This document shows positions 61,829-64,000 of a DNA stretch of 64,000 nt, one piece after another. Made by a program: the position numbers and the translations under genes. The notes beneath the pieces are model-generated. The model worked only from the letters and a program-made list of their open reading frames with translations. It had not been told where the DNA came from and did not search any database. The stretch is taken from contig JAGOUU010000002.1 of NCBI GenBank assembly GCA_018061105.1, forward strand, positions 343-64,342, read 5' to 3'. The stretch's first letter is position 1, and every line of letters starts with the position of its first letter. The DNA comes from Gammaproteobacteria bacterium (lineage in GTDB: Bacteria > Pseudomonadota > Gammaproteobacteria > JAGOUU01).

Positions 61829-63208
61829 ATGTTTACAAGTCTAACTGATAGATTGTCTGAAACTGTTAGAGATTTAAGCGGGCGAGGTCGTCTGACTGAA
61901 AAGAATATGAAATCAGCTCTAGATGAAGTTAACCGGGCATTATTAGACGCTGACGTGGCTTTACCTGTAGCCAAAAAGTTTATCATGAACGTCAAACAAA
62001 AGGCCATAGGTCAAAAAGTCCTCAAAAGTCTTTCGCCTGGTCAAGAGTTGGTAAAATTAGTAAAAAAAGAATTAACTTTATTAATGGGGCAGGCTAATGA
62101 GACTCTCGATCTCAAATCAGTGCCGCCTGTAGTAGTCTTGATGGCTGGCTTACAGGGCTCAGGAAAGACCACGACTACGGCAAAACTAGGTAAGTTTCTT
62201 AAAGTTCGTGAAAATAAAAAAGTCATGGTAGTCAGTGCCGATGTCTATAGGCCAGCGGCTATTGAACAATTAGAAGCTTTAGCGGAAGCTAACGAATTAA
62301 ATTTTTATCCAAGCACTACTAATGATAAGCCATCAGAGATAGCCAAATCAGCTTACAATGCAGCTAAACAGCAGGGTATGGATGTTCTGATAGTTGATAC
62401 AGCTGGACGGTTACATATAGATAACAATATGATGACTGAGATAAAAGAATTAGCTGCTTTATTAAAGCCAACGGAAATTTTATTTATTGTCGACAGCATG
62501 ACTGGGCAAGATGCTGCTAATACGGCAAAAGCTTTCAATGATGCTTTAGCTTTAACTGGTGTTATTTTAACTAAAGCTGATGGGGACGCTCGCGGTGGAG
62601 CAGCTCTGTCTATACGAGAAATCACAGGCAAACCTATTAAATTTTTGGGTGTTGGTGAAAAAACAGAAGCACTGCAGCCATTTCATCCGGATCGCGTGGC
62701 CTCTAGAATACTAGGCATGGGAGATGTTCTGAGCTTAATTGAAGAAGCAGAACAAAAAATGGATAGAGCTAAAGCAGAAAAATTTGCTAAAAAGCTTGAT
62801 AAAGGCAGTTTTGATCTTGAAGATTTTAGAGAGCAAATCAAACAAATGGGCAATATGGGTGGAATGAGTAATATTCTTGATAAAATGCCTGGGATGGGTC
62901 AATTGCCAGCTTCAGCAAAAGCCGCTATTAATGACGACATGTTCAAGGGCATTGATGCAATTATTAGTTCAATGACCAAGCAAGAACGTAGACAACCTGA
63001 GATTATTAAAGCATCACGAAAAAAACGTATAGCGTCAGGTAGCGGTACATCTATTCAAGAAGTCAATAAATTGCTTAAGCAGTTTGACCAAATGCAGACC
63101 ATGATGAAAAAGTTTTCGAAAAAGGGTGGGTTAGCTAGTCTCATGAAAATGATGAAGGGTAAAATGCCTGGTATTCCGGGTAGTGGTGGTTTTGGAATGC
63201 CGGCCTAA
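61829..63208 (+). CDS. ffh: signal recognition particle protein
   Basis: GLQGSGKTTT, DTAGR, Met-rich C-terminal M domain. Confidence 0.95.
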   Translation: MFTSLTDRLSETVRDLSGRGRLTEKNMKSALDEVNRALLDADVALPVAKKFIMNVKQKAIGQKVLKSLSPGQELVKLVKKELTLLMGQANETLDLKSVPPVVVLMAGLQGSGKTTTTAKLGKFLKVRENKKVMVVSADVYRPAAIEQLEALAEANELNFYPSTTNDKPSEIAKSAYNAAKQQGMDVLIVDTAGRLHIDNNMMTEIKELAALLKPTEILFIVDSMTGQDAANTAKAFNDALALTGVILTKADGDARGGAALSIREITGKPIKFLGVGEKTEALQPFHPDRVASRILGMGDVLSLIEEAEQKMDRAKAEKFAKKLDKGSFDLEDFREQIKQMGNMGGMSNILDKMPGMGQLPASAKAAINDDMFKGIDAIISSMTKQERRQPEIIKASRKKRIASGSGTSIQEVNKLLKQFDQMQTMMKKFSKKGGLASLMKMMKGKMPGIPGSGGFGMPA

Positions 63209-63433
63209 TTTTTAATTTTATTGTTAACTTTCGGTCTCAAGCCTCGGTCAGGCTGTATAGTTAATATTGGCAAGTCTAATAGCTCATAACTCCTTCTCAG
63301 CTCAGCTCTCAGCGGTCAGTTTTTATTTTTTGGTAGTATTGCAGGTTTCATTTTGGAATAAAATCAGGTATAGTACGTGGTTATTATTAGCTTATAAAAT
63401 ATAAAATATAAAATTGCTGAGGATCTTAAATCT

Positions 63434-63790
63434 ATGTTGACTATTCGTTTATCTCGTGGTGGTGCTAAAAAGCGACCTTTCTATAGTGTAGTGGTTGCTG
63501 ATAGCAGAGATGCAAGAGATGGTCGTTTTATTGAAAAAGTTGGGTTTTTTAACCCAATAGCTGCTGGTGGTGAAGTAAGATTAAGTCTTATCGATGAAAG
63601 ATTATCTTATTGGATTAATACCGGTGCAACCGTCAGCTCAAGAGTAGCGACTCTTATGCAAGAACATGCTTTAGGTGCTGAAGGTGTTGCTGCTAAAAAA
63701 CAAGCTAAAAAAACGAAGTTGCAAGCTAAAAAGCTGGCTGCTGCTAAGAAAGCTGCGGCTTCCTCTGCTGAAACAAGTGAAGATGCGTAA
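63434..63790 (+). CDS. rpsP: 30S ribosomal protein S16 with Lys/Ala-rich C-terminal extension
   Basis: [17 protein letters not shown]... About 35-aa KA-rich tail beyond the canonical roughly 82 aa. Confidence 0.9.
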   Translation: MLTIRLSRGGAKKRPFYSVVVADSRDARDGRFIEKVGFFNPIAAGGEVRLSLIDERLSYWINTGATVSSRVATLMQEHALGAEGVAAKKQAKKTKLQAKKLAAAKKAAASSAETSEDA

Positions 63791-64000
63791 TTCCGAGTTT
63801 AACTTTGCGTCTAGCTCTGAGTCTGAAACCCAAGCACGCCCACATTTAGTTACTATCGGTGAAATAATAGGCGTGCATGGGGTAAAAGGACAGTTAAGGA
63901 TTCGTTCTTTTACTGAACCTCATGAGACAATTTTGGATTATTTTAAAAACTCTGAGTTATATTGGAACTACGGTAACAAAGATAAAAGTTGGTCTTTAAT
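63783..64000 (+). CDS. rimM: ribosome maturation factor RimM (3'-partial at window edge)
   Basis: ATG overlaps the rpsP stop. Translation ...[23 protein letters not shown]... matches the RimM N-terminal motif. Canonical rpsP-rimM order. Confidence 0.55.
   Translation, partial: MRNSEFNFASSSESETQARPHLVTIGEIIGVHGVKGQLRIRSFTEPHETILDYFKNSELYWNYGNKDKSWSL

Noticed and set aside
1-64000. IS elements, transposases, integrases, prophage genes
   Set aside because: None recognisable in any frame. The only mobility-associated signal is the DUF559 remnant.

Overview
AT-rich window from a gammaproteobacterial chromosome, probably a Legionellales-like intracellular organism; this assignment is inferred from gene content and composition only. 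Housekeeping blocks are aceE-aceF-lpdA, clpP-clpX-lon-hupB-tRNA-Val-tRNA-Asp-ppiD, sbcB, a yejABEF-type peptide ABC operon, fabI, aphA, tamA/tamB, nrdAB, an OmpR-family two-component system, argD, manC, a malic enzyme gene, ffh-rpsP-rimM. Between them sit accessory-looking genes with no recognisable housekeeping role. The most striking is a tandem cluster at about 30.3-35.4 kb on the minus strand of three full-length paralogues plus one paralogue split by a frameshift. Each encodes a disordered or coiled-coil N-terminal region fused to a conserved C-terminal hydrophobic domain of about 120 aa and an acidic Ser/Pro-rich tail, which resembles membrane-anchored secreted effectors. Further accessory genes are a fifth membrane/coiled-coil protein (40684-42219) inserted between the ATPase and permease genes of an ABC transporter, and a lpdA-proximal group of serine-hydrolase and hypothetical genes. 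That fifth gene is preceded by three TTAATAT-type direct repeats at 11-bp period, the pattern expected for an OmpR/PmrA-family regulator site. A processive GT2 glycan-synthase-like membrane protein carries a poly-proline tail. Further observations are a DUF559 pseudogene remnant, phase-variation-prone tracts (G9 inside a CDS, A7/T7 splitting one paralogue), several short tandem repeats, putative NrdR boxes upstream of nrdAB, and a GC-rich non-coding segment after ppiD. No IS elements, integrases or CRISPR arrays were seen.
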